A stretch of DNA of 64,000 bases from Capsulimonadaceae bacterium (GTDB lineage Bacteria; Armatimonadota; Armatimonadia; Armatimonadales; Capsulimonadaceae), in contig OZ244065.1 in NCBI GenBank assembly GCA_965215505.1, positions 2,240,001 through 2,304,000 of the forward strand. Direction: 5' to 3'. The translations under genes were made by a program, and so were the position numbers. The notes below the pieces were generated by a model. It did not search any database, was not told the DNA's origin, and worked only from the letters and a program-made list of their open reading frames with translations. Shown piece after piece: positions 37,904 to 50,413 of this stretch; the first letter of the stretch is position 1; every line of letters begins with the position of its first letter.

Positions 37904-38938
37904 CTAAGACCGCGTCTCGGCGGGGGAGGCCAGCTCCCCGGCGGGTTCGGGCAGGCGGGCCGGGTCGGGAGGACGGGCCGGGTCGGGCGCGGGTGGCCGG
38001 GCAGCGCTCGCCGCCGGAACCCCGCCCCCTTTGTTGGCTCTGCCGCTCGCCCTGGCCGGCCTTTCGCCGGCCTCGGCGGGGCGGGCGGCGCGGGGCCGGA
38101 TGAAGCCCCGGCGGCGGCGGACGCTGGGCCGGACGTGGCCGGTGTATTCGCGGATCAGGAGGTCGCGCAGCCGGCCGTCGTCGCGCAGGCCGCGCGCCAT
38201 CTTGCCCTCAAAGGCCAGCGAGATGATCCCGGTCTCTTCCGAAACGACTACGACCAGGGCGTCGCTCTGCTCCGAGATGCCCAGGGCGGCCTTGTGGCGC
38301 GTGTGGACCTGCATCCCCTGCACCTCGCGGATCTCGGACAGCGGCAGGGTGCAGCCGGCCGCCACGACCCGGTCGCGGCGGATGACGACCGCGCCGTCGT
38401 GCAGAGGGGAGCCGGGGTAGAACAGGGTGCAAAGCAGATCGTGGTTGACCTCGGCGTTAATCAAGGTGCCGTTGTCAATGATGTAGCCCAGGTTCGCCTC
38501 GCGCTCCAGCACCAGCAGCGCGCCGATCTTCTTGTCGGACAGGCTCTCGGCGGCCAGGACGATCTCGCCGACCATGGAGGACAGGTTCTCGCGGTCCAGA
38601 CCGGTAAAACCTTTACCCCAGAAGCCGAGCCGCCCGACTTCCTCCAGGGCGTGGCGCAGCTCGGGGTAGAACAGGATGACGATGGCGACCGGGCCGAGCG
38701 GGAGGATCTGCTGGAGCAGCCAGGAGAGGGCGGAGAGCCGCGCCCAAGTGGAGAAGAGCAGCATGCCGACGAACACGACCAGCCCGGTGATGATCTGCCA
38801 GGCCCGCGTCCCCTTCGCCAGCATCATCAAGCGGTAAATAAGGTAGGCGACGATAAGGATATCGGCCCCGGTCCGCACCAACCCCCAGGCGTCCCCCCCG
38901 AGCAGCCACTTCAGTCCGTTGTGCCACAGTTCATGCAT
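37904..38938 (-). CDS. cdaA: Diadenylate cyclase CdaA
   Basis: Three TM helices; PLHDGA, TRHKAA and VSEETG motifs. Confidence 0.95.
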   Translation of the reverse strand: MHELWHNGLKWLLGGDAWGLVRTGADILIVAYLIYRLMMLAKGTRAWQIITGLVVFVGMLLFSTWARLSALSWLLQQILPLGPVAIVILFYPELRHALEEVGRLGFWGKGFTGLDRENLSSMVGEIVLAAESLSDKKIGALLVLEREANLGYIIDNGTLINAEVNHDLLCTLFYPGSPLHDGAVVIRRDRVVAAGCTLPLSEIREVQGMQVHTRHKAALGISEQSDALVVVVSEETGIISLAFEGKMARGLRDDGRLRDLLIREYTGHVRPSVRRRRGFIRPRAARPAEAGERPARASGRANKGGGVPAASAARPPAPDPARPPDPARLPEPAGELASPAETRS

Positions 38939-39020
38939 CGCGTGCCTTGCCCCGGCCCCTTCGTCCCCGTCGCCCCTCTATGCCAATTATGACACAAGCA
39001 GGGCCGTATTGCAAGGACGC

Positions 39021-39066
39021 AAAAACGCGGGGGCGGCTCCGAGAGTGATCTCGAAGCCGCCCCCGC
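39021..39066 (-). terminator. Intrinsic terminator after the S53 gene
   Basis: GCGGGGGCGGCT/AGCCGCCCCCGC stem followed by T5 on the minus strand. Confidence 0.8.
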
Positions 39067-39079
39067 ATCCCGAAGGGCT

Positions 39080-41899
39080 TTAGCCGCCGGGCGCGGCGGG
39101 CGGGGTCCCGGTCCCGCCGGGTGGCGGCGGGGGGCCTGCCACCGGCGGCACGATCAGGACCGCGGCCTGCTTGGCGTAGATCCAGTAGCCGTTGTAAGGG
39201 TCGAGCGTCCCCGATGTCGGGCTGACCGCCACATAGACGTTGTTCACGGTGTCATACCGGAACAGGTTCGGCTGGACCGGGCTTGTGGCGACGGTCAGGG
39301 CGACCGCCCCAGTGCTGACGGCGGTGTCGGCGGTGACCGTGGAGAGCGGGACCGAGCCGAGGAAGGGATCGCCGATCTGGTTCCAGCCCGCCATGAGCGG
39401 GATGCGGTAGGACTGGGTCAGCGAGGCGGGGACGCCCAGGCGGTGGAGGTAGTTGGCGACGGGGAACTTGATCCAGTACCCCTGGCCGAGCCGGAGCGTG
39501 TCGGCGGGCGGGGCGGGATAGAAGACATAGGCCGCGACTGAAGGCTCCCACTGGAGCAGGCGGGGGTTCGGGCTGGTCAGCGGCGTGGTCAGTCCGAACA
39601 GGGCCGCGAAGTCGCCCAGGTTGGTGAAGTCATACGGCGCGGAGATCATCTGCAAGCCCGCCGCGAAGGTGTGGGCGGGGACGAGCGCGAAGGACTCGGT
39701 CGTCGTCGAGCCGGCCGCCGGGGTGATGCTGACGGGCGTGGGCGAGGCGTAGTGCGTACCACCGGCGGCGGTGACGACGGTAGAGGTGTCCACCTTGATT
39801 GTCAGGACGAGTCCGGCCGGCACGGCCAGCGTGTAGGCACCGGTCGCAGAGGTGGTCGCGGTCGCCTTGACAAGCCCCGTGGCGGCGGAGGTGGCCGTGA
39901 CGGTCGCGCCGACGATGGGGCCGGCGGGGGTGGCGTTGTCGGTGACGAAGCCGCTCACGGTCGCGGTGCCCACACCCTGGTCCGCGTTGAAGGACAGTGC
40001 GGCCACGAGCGGGGCGCCGACGAACGAGCCGAAGCCCGAGGCGTCGTCATAGCCGACGCCCGCCGAGTAGAAGAGGTTGTCACCGGTCGTGATGTCGTGG
40101 AAGATCGTGTTGTAGCCGGTGCCTCGGGCGAGGCTGTAGAGGGTCGGGTTGGCGAATCCCAATGTCGTCGTCAGGCCGTTCAGCCCGCGCTGCTGGTTGA
40201 CCAGGGCGGTGAAGGCGGCCCAGAGCGGGGCGGCGGCGCTCGTCCCGCCGACGGTCACGGCGGTTCCGCCGAGGTAGATGTCATAGCCGGTGGCCGGGTT
40301 CGCGTCCAGTGCGACGTCCGGGATGTTCCGCTGCTTCGGGTCGGTCCCCAAGCCGAGCTGATAGCTGGGGGTGGGCCAGTCGGCGCTGATGCCGCCGCCG
40401 CCGCCCTCAGGGCCGGTGGCGTTGTTGGCCGTGCCGGTCTTCCAGACGGTTTCGGAGACGTAGCTGCCGGGCGTCGTCACCCCCGCCGCGCTGGTGGTCG
40501 GCTTGGAGTAGCTCAGGGTCGTGCCGCCGACGGCGGTGACGAACGGGTCCGAGGCCGGGCTGTCCACCTCGACCGACGTGGGGCGCTTGGGGTAGCCGTC
40601 GTAGGCACCCTGGTCGCCGGTGGCGGAGAAGATGGACTGGCCCTGGGCGGCCATCTTCTGGAAGATGGCGTCCTCGGCGGCGATGATGGTCGGGTCCTCA
40701 TCCTGTTCGGGCTGGCCCCAGGAGGTGCTGATCACCTGGACGAGCGGCTTGCCGCTGCCGTCGAGGGCGGTGTCGTCGGCCATCCGCGTGAAGATGTCCA
40801 CGACGACGGTCGGGGTGGGAGCGGCCACCGTCCCCTGACTGCCCTCGTAGCTGTAGATGGCGGTGGCCTTCGGGGCCAGCGCCAGCATCATGTCAATGTC
40901 GAGCGTCACCTCGTCCTGGCCCGCGCCGGTCGTGCTGGTCGTGACGAAGTTGTCCACCGCGACCGGCTGCACGGTCCCGAACACGGCCGCCGCCGTGCCA
41001 ACCGCGGCCTGGTAGGGGACGGCAGGCAGGCTGAACTGGCTGATGAAAAGGTTGATGTCGGTCTGGGCGAAGCTGTCCAGCTCGAACAACCCCAGCGTCT
41101 GTCCGGTGCCATCCAGCAGGGTGGTCGTGCCGGTGGTCGTGCCCGTCGTGGACGACCCGTAGAGGGGCGTGATGGTGTTGAGGGAGTAAGCCAGCTTGAC
41201 GTCGTTGGGCGACAGGCCGCCCGCCGGGCCGCTGCCGATGCCCGTCCCGCCGCCGCCGACGGGGACGCGGGGCCGAAGAGTCATGCTCCAGGGCTGGGCG
41301 CGGTGGAAGTGGGGCCGGAGGTGGCTGATGTCGCTCAGTCCGGCGACGCCGGCCAGGCGGGCGGCGACCGAGCGGGCGATGCGCGGCGTCACGTCGTTGG
41401 CGTAGACGATGCGGCCGTCGGTCGTGCGGTAGTGGCTCATCTGGACGGCGAATGCCGCCTCAACCTGGGCGGAGGTCCCGGCGATGTCCAGCACGGTGCG
41501 GCTGGGGTGGGTGCCGGTCACGGTAAGGCCCTGCGCCCGCGCCCAGGCGGCCACCGCCTTGTAATCTTCCTCGGTCGGGCCGAACCGCTGGACGAACTCG
41601 TCCGAGGTGACAAAGCGCCCATACAGCGCGTCGCCCGGCGTGTACTGGCGGCGCAGCAGGTCTTCCAAGGCGGCCTGGTTCCGCAGCGGCAGGGTCAGGG
41701 CGAGGTGGAGCGGGGTGCCAGGCGCCAGGCGGCCCAGGGCGCGCGCCCCGCGCAGGGCGGGCGCTTGGGCAGCGTGGAGCGCGAGCGGGGCGCGCGGCTC
41801 CGCCGCCCGCGCGGGCGCGTGGCCGGACGCGGTCAGCGCCAGGGCCAGCAGCAGCGCGGGCTTCAGCGCCTTGGGCCGGAGGGTATGGGAGAGATGCAT
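39080..41899 (-). CDS. S53 sedolisin protease with pro-domain and C-terminal beta domains
   Basis: Signal peptide, pro-kumamolisin domain, EVTLD, ATGD and GGTSAAAP motifs. Confidence 0.93.
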   Translation of the reverse strand: MHLSHTLRPKALKPALLLALALTASGHAPARAAEPRAPLALHAAQAPALRGARALGRLAPGTPLHLALTLPLRNQAALEDLLRRQYTPGDALYGRFVTSDEFVQRFGPTEEDYKAVAAWARAQGLTVTGTHPSRTVLDIAGTSAQVEAAFAVQMSHYRTTDGRIVYANDVTPRIARSVAARLAGVAGLSDISHLRPHFHRAQPWSMTLRPRVPVGGGGTGIGSGPAGGLSPNDVKLAYSLNTITPLYGSSTTGTTTGTTTLLDGTGQTLGLFELDSFAQTDINLFISQFSLPAVPYQAAVGTAAAVFGTVQPVAVDNFVTTSTTGAGQDEVTLDIDMMLALAPKATAIYSYEGSQGTVAAPTPTVVVDIFTRMADDTALDGSGKPLVQVISTSWGQPEQDEDPTIIAAEDAIFQKMAAQGQSIFSATGDQGAYDGYPKRPTSVEVDSPASDPFVTAVGGTTLSYSKPTTSAAGVTTPGSYVSETVWKTGTANNATGPEGGGGGISADWPTPSYQLGLGTDPKQRNIPDVALDANPATGYDIYLGGTAVTVGGTSAAAPLWAAFTALVNQQRGLNGLTTTLGFANPTLYSLARGTGYNTIFHDITTGDNLFYSAGVGYDDASGFGSFVGAPLVAALSFNADQGVGTATVSGFVTDNATPAGPIVGATVTATSAATGLVKATATTSATGAYTLAVPAGLVLTIKVDTSTVVTAAGGTHYASPTPVSITPAAGSTTTESFALVPAHTFAAGLQMISAPYDFTNLGDFAALFGLTTPLTSPNPRLLQWEPSVAAYVFYPAPPADTLRLGQGYWIKFPVANYLHRLGVPASLTQSYRIPLMAGWNQIGDPFLGSVPLSTVTADTAVSTGAVALTVATSPVQPNLFRYDTVNNVYVAVSPTSGTLDPYNGYWIYAKQAAVLIVPPVAGPPPPPGGTGTPPAAPGG

Positions 41900-42028
41900 C
41901 GGGGACAAACTCCTTGATCGGGAAAGCGGCTTCGAAAAAGCGGGTGCGGACGTGAAGGGTGCGGACGCGGGCCGTGGCGCTGCCGGGTGCAGCGGAACGC
42001 ATCTTTTCGTATATTATCTCTAGGACCT

Positions 42029-42057
42029 ATTATAAGGGAAAGAAGCGGCGCTGTCAA
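42029..42057 (-). promoter_or_regulatory. Consensus sigma70 promoter of the S53 gene
   Basis: TTGACA-17-TATAAT. Confidence 0.8.
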
Positions 42058-42099
42058 GCATCAAAACGCGGCGGGCCGAAATACGGGGGTGCCGGGCGC

Positions 42100-42615
42100 T
42101 CAGGAGAGGCGCCCGAAAGGGTTGTCGCGCTGCCGCCCGACGTGCAGGAGCCGCAGCAGCAGGTACACCGGCAGGGCAAGCAGGGTGTTGTAAATGACCT
42201 CACCGCCCGCCTGCTCGACCCAGCGGCGGACGTGGTGGACGGCCAGGCCGGGGGCCATCAGGACGTACAGCATCTCGGCCAGCACGGTCGTCGCCAGGAC
42301 CACTACGGGGGGAACGACCAGGTTGTCACGGATCAGGCTGCGCCCGAAGCCGCCGGCGAAGGCGCCGGCCAGGATGCGGCTGACGAACAGACTGCCGTAG
42401 GTCTGCGGGAAGGCCGCCGCCGCCAGCAGTCCGGCCCAGAAGCCCAGGACGGCCCCGCGCGCGCTGCCGACGAGCAGCGCCCCGCAGGAGAGCGCGACCA
42501 GCGGCAGGTCCGGCTGCGCGCCGTGAACACTGACGGCGTGGGCGAGGCGGCCCTGGAGGATGGCCGCCAGCCAGACCAGCAGGGCGGCCAGGAAGACGTG
42601 GCGCGTCGGGATCAT
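42100..42615 (-). CDS. mreD: Rod shape-determining protein MreD
   Basis: Hydrophobic, QPDL motif, follows mreC. Confidence 0.88.
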   Translation of the reverse strand: MIPTRHVFLAALLVWLAAILQGRLAHAVSVHGAQPDLPLVALSCGALLVGSARGAVLGFWAGLLAAAAFPQTYGSLFVSRILAGAFAGGFGRSLIRDNLVVPPVVVLATTVLAEMLYVLMAPGLAVHHVRRWVEQAGGEVIYNTLLALPVYLLLRLLHVGRQRDNPFGRLS

Positions 42616-43517
42616 GGGTTGGGCTGGGTTTGTGCGTCAGGCGCGTCTTGCGGCGGGCCGCCCTTCGCGCCCGCGCCGTCCGTGGGCGTGTCCTTGATCA
42701 CGAAGACTTCCTCGAGGTGATCGTAATCGGCGGCGGGACGCAGGAGGGCGGTCTGGAGCGACCTGGTCTTGTCTATCGAGATGGACGCGACTGCCCCGAT
42801 GGGTACGGACTTCGGGAAGACGCCGCCCAGGCCGGACGTGGTCACGGCGTCGCCGACGTGCAGCAGGGTGTCGCTCCGCAGGTAGGTGACGCGCAGATCG
42901 CCCGCCCCGTCGCCCTGACACAGCCCGATGGGGCCGCGCGGGGTGTGGTTGTGGACGAGAGCGCCGACGCTCGAACCAGAATCGGTCAGCAGCAGGACGT
43001 CGCAGGAGTGGGCCGAAACGTCCAGCACCTGCCCGACCAAGGCCCCATTGGGGGCGAGGACGACCGACTGTGGGTGGATGCCCTGCGCGCTGCCCCGGTT
43101 CAGGATAAGCGTGTCGGAGTGCGGGTTGGGCTTGAGCGCGGCGACCTGAGCGGCGAGCAGGGGGCGGGGGGCGCGCTGCTCGAACCCGAGCAGCCGCCGC
43201 AGGCGGCCGTTCTCGGCCTGTGCAGTCAGCAGGGACTTGTTCTGGGCGGACAGGTCCAGGACGCGGGCCTTCAGGGCGGCGTTCTCGCGGGCGAGGCGAG
43301 GACCGGATAGGAGTGACCCGGCGCTCAGGTGCCACCACCGGCCGCCGAGGGCCGCCACGACCTGGGCGGGGACCAGACCCATGTCCGAGACGGCCCCCGT
43401 GACGGGGTCCGCCGCGCCGCGCCGGGCCGACCGGCCGTGCAGCGCGGTCAGGAGGCCGCAGAGGACCAGCAGGAGGAGCAGTGTCCCCCCGCGCCGGTTG
43501 TCGCGCTCAGGTCGCAT
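42612..43517 (-). CDS. mreC: Rod shape-determining protein MreC
   Basis: ENGRLRRLL and TSGLGGVFP motifs. Confidence 0.93.
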   Translation of the reverse strand: MRPERDNRRGGTLLLLLVLCGLLTALHGRSARRGAADPVTGAVSDMGLVPAQVVAALGGRWWHLSAGSLLSGPRLARENAALKARVLDLSAQNKSLLTAQAENGRLRRLLGFEQRAPRPLLAAQVAALKPNPHSDTLILNRGSAQGIHPQSVVLAPNGALVGQVLDVSAHSCDVLLLTDSGSSVGALVHNHTPRGPIGLCQGDGAGDLRVTYLRSDTLLHVGDAVTTSGLGGVFPKSVPIGAVASISIDKTRSLQTALLRPAADYDHLEEVFVIKDTPTDGAGAKGGPPQDAPDAQTQPNP

Positions 43518-43529
43518 AGGAAGTGCCGT

Positions 43530-43669
43530 GGGGAGGCCCCCACCCCCGCCGCAGACGGCGATCCCTCCCCCGCAAGCGGGAGAGGGGTGTGGAGAAGAGG
43601 GCGCTCATTTCTTTCTTAACCCTCTCCCGCTTGCGGGGGAGGGTGGCACGCTCGCGTGCCGGGTGGGGG
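43530..43669. repeat. Family B palindrome doublet between mreB and mreC
   Basis: 43563-43587 and an inverted copy at 43620-43643. Confidence 0.85.
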
Positions 43670-43679
43670 CCGGGCGGCG

Positions 43680-44756
43680 TTAACGCCCCGGCGACGTGTA
43701 GTGGCCCAGCCGCGTCTCGGTCAGCAGTACATTACGGAGCGCACTGGAGCGCGAGGCCTCGTCCAGACATTTGCCGGTGCCCAGCACGACGCACGAGAGC
43801 GGGTCGGGGGCGATGTGGACGGGCATCCCGGTCTCACGCGAGATCAGCCGGTCCAGGCCGCGCAGAAGGGCACCGCCGCCGGCCAGCATGATGCCGCTGT
43901 CCATGATGTCGGCGGACAGCTCGGGCGGCGTGTCTTCCAAAGTCTCCTTGACGGTCTCGACGATGGCGTTGATCGGGTCGGCAATCGCCTCGCGAACCTG
44001 TTGGGAGGTGATGATGGTCATGCGCGGCAGGCCCGTGATCAGGTCGCGCCCGCGTATCTCCATCGAGGTCTCATGTTCCAGCCGGTCGGCGGAGCCGATG
44101 TTGATCTTGCAGTCCTCGGCCATGCGGTCGCCGATGAGCAGGTTGAAGGCCTGCCGGGCGTAGGCGACGATGGCCTCATCAATCTCGTCGCCCGCGATGC
44201 GGATCGAGCGGGAGGCGGCCATGGCGCTCAGGGAGATGACGGCCACCTCGGAAGTCCCGCCGCCGATGTCCACGATCATGGAGCCGACCGGCTCGGACAC
44301 GGGCAGGCCCGCCCCGATCGCCGCCGCCATCGGCTCCTCGATAAGATAGGCCTCTTTGGCACCGGCCTTCTTGGTCGCCTCGATGACCGCGCGCCGCTCC
44401 ACCTCGGTGATGCCCGAGGGGATGCCGACGACGACGATGGGGTGGACGAACCCCTTGCGGCGATGAACCTTCTCGATGAAGTAGCGCAGCATCCGCTCCG
44501 TCTGGTCGAAGTCGGCGATGACCCCGTCTTTGAGCGGGCGGATGGCGATGATGTTGCCCGGCGTCCGGCCCAGCATCCGCTTGGCTTCCTCACCGACGCT
44601 CAGAACCTCATTCGTCCTCCGGTTGACGGCCACCACGCTCGGCTCACGCAGCAGTATCCCGCGCCCCTGGACATGGACGAGCGTGTTGGCGGTGCCGAGG
44701 TCAATGCCCATGTCGCGCGAGAACCGGCTCGACATCCGGCGGATGAAATTGAACAT
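43680..44756 (-). CDS. mreB: Rod shape-determining protein MreB
   Basis: [20 protein letters not shown] and DIGGGT motifs. Confidence 0.97.
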   Translation of the reverse strand: MFNFIRRMSSRFSRDMGIDLGTANTLVHVQGRGILLREPSVVAVNRRTNEVLSVGEEAKRMLGRTPGNIIAIRPLKDGVIADFDQTERMLRYFIEKVHRRKGFVHPIVVVGIPSGITEVERRAVIEATKKAGAKEAYLIEEPMAAAIGAGLPVSEPVGSMIVDIGGGTSEVAVISLSAMAASRSIRIAGDEIDEAIVAYARQAFNLLIGDRMAEDCKINIGSADRLEHETSMEIRGRDLITGLPRMTIITSQQVREAIADPINAIVETVKETLEDTPPELSADIMDSGIMLAGGGALLRGLDRLISRETGMPVHIAPDPLSCVVLGTGKCLDEASRSSALRNVLLTETRLGHYTSPGR

Positions 44757-44927
44757 GAAGAACGTGCTGCTCCTGACGTGAGGAGCCGGGCGGCGCAGGC
44801 CGCGTCGGCTGTCGGCTTCATTATAGCATAATTGGGGCGCGATTGCGGCGGAGCGGGGCAGGCGAACGGGCATGGAATTATTTTTCTGCTCCCACTCTCG
44901 TGGAGCAGAAACGTGGAAATATCAGGC

Positions 44928-44953
44928 GTTTGCCCCAAGTTTCGCGGGGGTAA
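44928..44953 (+). promoter_or_regulatory. SigB/SigF-like stress promoter
   Basis: GTTT-N16-GGGTAA upstream of the ysnF-like gene. Confidence 0.5.
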
Positions 44954-45042
44954 AGTGGGGCTGTCCGGTTGGCTCGACCCGCGACGCGGCGGCCTGACAG
45001 GCACTCAACGACTAAGCACATAAAACGATCAGGAGAACAACA

Positions 45043-45864
45043 ATGGCAAGCACAGTGGTAGGACTTTTCGAGACGCGCGCCGAGGCCGAGGCCGCCCTGA
45101 ACGACCTGATTTCCAGCGGCTTCAGCAGCAGCGACATCGACCTGAAAGCGGCAGGCTACGGCGGCGGCGGCCTGATCAGCGAACTTGAGGGCGAGGGCGT
45201 CCCCAGCGCCGACGCCAAGCTCTACTCCGAGGGCGTCTCGGCGGGCGACGCGCTGGAGATTGCCCACACGAGCGACGACCGCGCGATGCTGGCGCAGGAG
45301 ATCATGAACCGGCACGGCGCTCTGGACATCCACGACGCCTTCACCCAGCGCAGCGGCACCCTGACGACCGGCATGGCCGATGCGGGCCTGGTCGGCGCGG
45401 GCGCGGCGGCCTCCACACTTTCATCCGGGACGGCGACGACCGGCACGGTGAACGCGGGCGACGAGGCGGTGATCCCGGTCATCGAGGAAGAGCTGGCCGT
45501 GGGCAAGCGGCAGATCCAGCGCGGCGGCGTCCGCGTCTTCCAGCGCGTCACCGAGCGCCCCGTCCAGGAGAGCGTGTCGCTGCACGAGGAGCATGTGACC
45601 ATCGAGCGCGTGGCGGTTGACCGGCCCGTGACCAGCGCCGACGCCGCCTTCCGCGAGGGCACCATCGAGGTGACCGAGACCGCCGAGGTCCCTGTCGTCG
45701 CCAAGGACGCCCGCGTGGTCGAGGAAGTCGTCGTCGGCAAGACCGCGACCGACCGGGTCGAGACCATCTCTGACACCGTGCGCCGCACCGACGTGGAGGT
45801 CGAGGAGATCCCCGGCACGACCACGACGACTGGCACCACGACGACCGGCACGACCAAGCTCTAA
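45043..45864 (+). CDS. YsnF/AvaK (DUF2382) stress protein
   Basis: IPVIEEELAVGKR, VVEEVVVGK and DTVRRTDVEVE motifs. Confidence 0.92.
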   Translation: MASTVVGLFETRAEAEAALNDLISSGFSSSDIDLKAAGYGGGGLISELEGEGVPSADAKLYSEGVSAGDALEIAHTSDDRAMLAQEIMNRHGALDIHDAFTQRSGTLTTGMADAGLVGAGAAASTLSSGTATTGTVNAGDEAVIPVIEEELAVGKRQIQRGGVRVFQRVTERPVQESVSLHEEHVTIERVAVDRPVTSADAAFREGTIEVTETAEVPVVAKDARVVEEVVVGKTATDRVETISDTVRRTDVEVEEIPGTTTTTGTTTTGTTKL

Positions 45865-45918
45865 AGGAGCGGAGGCGGGCGGCTCACCCTGAGCCGCCCG
45901 CCGTAAGGGATGTTTGAC

Positions 45919-46614
45919 ATGGCAGAGAAGTACACTGAAGATCAGGGCCGTGTGGGGGCCGAAGGCGGCGCCCAGATTTATCAGGAGAAGAAGGGCCTCC
46001 CCATCTGGCTGTGGCCGCTGCTGGCCTTCCTGCTGCTGGGCCTCCTGTTCTTCTTCCTGCGACCCCACGGGCAGAACAACACGGCGCAGCAGACGGCGAC
46101 GCCGCCCGCCGCCGCCCCGACGGCACCCGCCGTGGCTGACGCCACCACGGCGGCCCCTGTTGCAGGCGGGACGGACACGTCTGGCAAGGACATCAAGGTC
46201 CATAGCGGCACGGACATCACTACAGCCAAGCCCGGACAGGCCAGCGTCCCCGGCGTCCCCTTGAGCGACGTGGTGGCCTTCGCGACCGCCGCCGACGCGA
46301 CGACGTTCATCGGGCGCAAGGCCAAGCTGACTAACGTCCAGGTGCAGAAGGTCATCACCGACCGCGCCTTCTTCGTCGGGCCGAGCGCCCAGCAGCAGAT
46401 GCTGGTCCTGCTCGACAAGGGTATGGACGCCGGGGCGAGCGGCGGCAGCAAGGTAACAATCGCGGCGGGCCAACCCGTCTCCCTGATCGGCGTCGTGGAG
46501 GCCCTGCCGACACAGGAAGCCGTCAACCAGACCTACGGGGTCAGCACAGCCGATTTCGCCGCCATCCAGGACCAGAAGGCGTACCTGCACGCGACGGTCG
46601 CGCAGCAGAAGTAA
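45919..46614 (+). CDS. Membrane-anchored hypothetical protein
   Basis: EKK.LPIWLWPLL TM helix, Ala/Thr/Pro linker, globular C-terminal domain. Confidence 0.75.
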   Translation: MAEKYTEDQGRVGAEGGAQIYQEKKGLPIWLWPLLAFLLLGLLFFFLRPHGQNNTAQQTATPPAAAPTAPAVADATTAAPVAGGTDTSGKDIKVHSGTDITTAKPGQASVPGVPLSDVVAFATAADATTFIGRKAKLTNVQVQKVITDRAFFVGPSAQQQMLVLLDKGMDAGASGGSKVTIAAGQPVSLIGVVEALPTQEAVNQTYGVSTADFAAIQDQKAYLHATVAQQK

Positions 46615-46634
46615 GCAGAAGAAGCACGACAGGG

Positions 46635-46666
46635 AAGGCCGGGGGCAGTGATGCCCCCGGCCTTTT
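46635..46666 (+). terminator. Intrinsic terminator
   Basis: AAGGCCGGGGGCA/TGCCCCCGGCCTT stem plus TT. Confidence 0.85.
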
Positions 46667-46702
46667 CTGCTGCATGACCCGAGGGCGCGATGAGTCGCGC
46701 CC

Positions 46703-49890
<3,188 letters not shown>

Positions 49891-49944
49891 GGTGCGTCGT
49901 TATTCTACCCGGAGAGATGCGCGAGAAGCAAGCGAATCCGCCGC

Positions 49945-49974
49945 TTGACTACTCCCGTAGTCCTATGATATACT
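49945..49974 (+). promoter_or_regulatory. blaI promoter with overlapping palindromic operator
   Basis: TTGACT-18-TATACT; GACTAC-tccc-GTAGTC at 49947-49962. Confidence 0.75.
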
Positions 49975-50010
49975 GTTCGTGCCTCTGACCGGCCGGAAGG
50001 AACACACACG

Positions 50011-50409
50011 ATGAATAAACCGCCCACGCTGGGCGACCAGGAACTCGCCCTGCTCCGCCACGTCACCGACCACGCGCCCGTCACCGTCCGCGAGGTGGCC
50101 GAGGGCTTCGGCGAGTCGCACGGCTTGGCCCGGACGACTGTCCTGACCATGATGGAGCGCCTGCGCCGGAAGAACTTCCTGACGCGGCGCAAGGACGGCG
50201 GCGCGTTCCAGTACCTTCCCGTCGTCGCCAAGACCGAGCTGATGCAGAACCTCGTTCATGACTTCGTCGAGAAGACATTGGGCGGCTCGCTCTCGCCGTT
50301 CGTCGCCTATCTCAGCGAGGCGAAGGGCCTGTCGGCTCCTGAGCTTGCCGAACTGCGGAAGCTGATCGAGACGCAGGAGTCCGAGGGCAGGTCGCCCGAG
50401 AGGAGCTAG
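50011..50409 (+). CDS. BlaI/MecI/CopY family repressor
   Basis: LARTTVLTMMERLRRK and FVEKTLGGS motifs. Confidence 0.95.
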   Translation: MNKPPTLGDQELALLRHVTDHAPVTVREVAEGFGESHGLARTTVLTMMERLRRKNFLTRRKDGGAFQYLPVVAKTELMQNLVHDFVEKTLGGSLSPFVAYLSEAKGLSAPELAELRKLIETQESEGRSPERS

Positions 50410-50413
50410 GCCG

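Noticed and set aside
35499-38938. cdaA-cdaR-glmM as a novel system
   Set aside because: Well-described conserved operon; no c-di-AMP riboswitch recognised in the window.
39671-41917. 748-aa plus-strand ORF; similar long ORFs at 4336-5994, 9394-10788, 18872-20329, 29693-31042 and 50479-52200
   Set aside because: Antisense or alternate-frame shadows of well-supported genes; expected at high GC and carrying no motifs.
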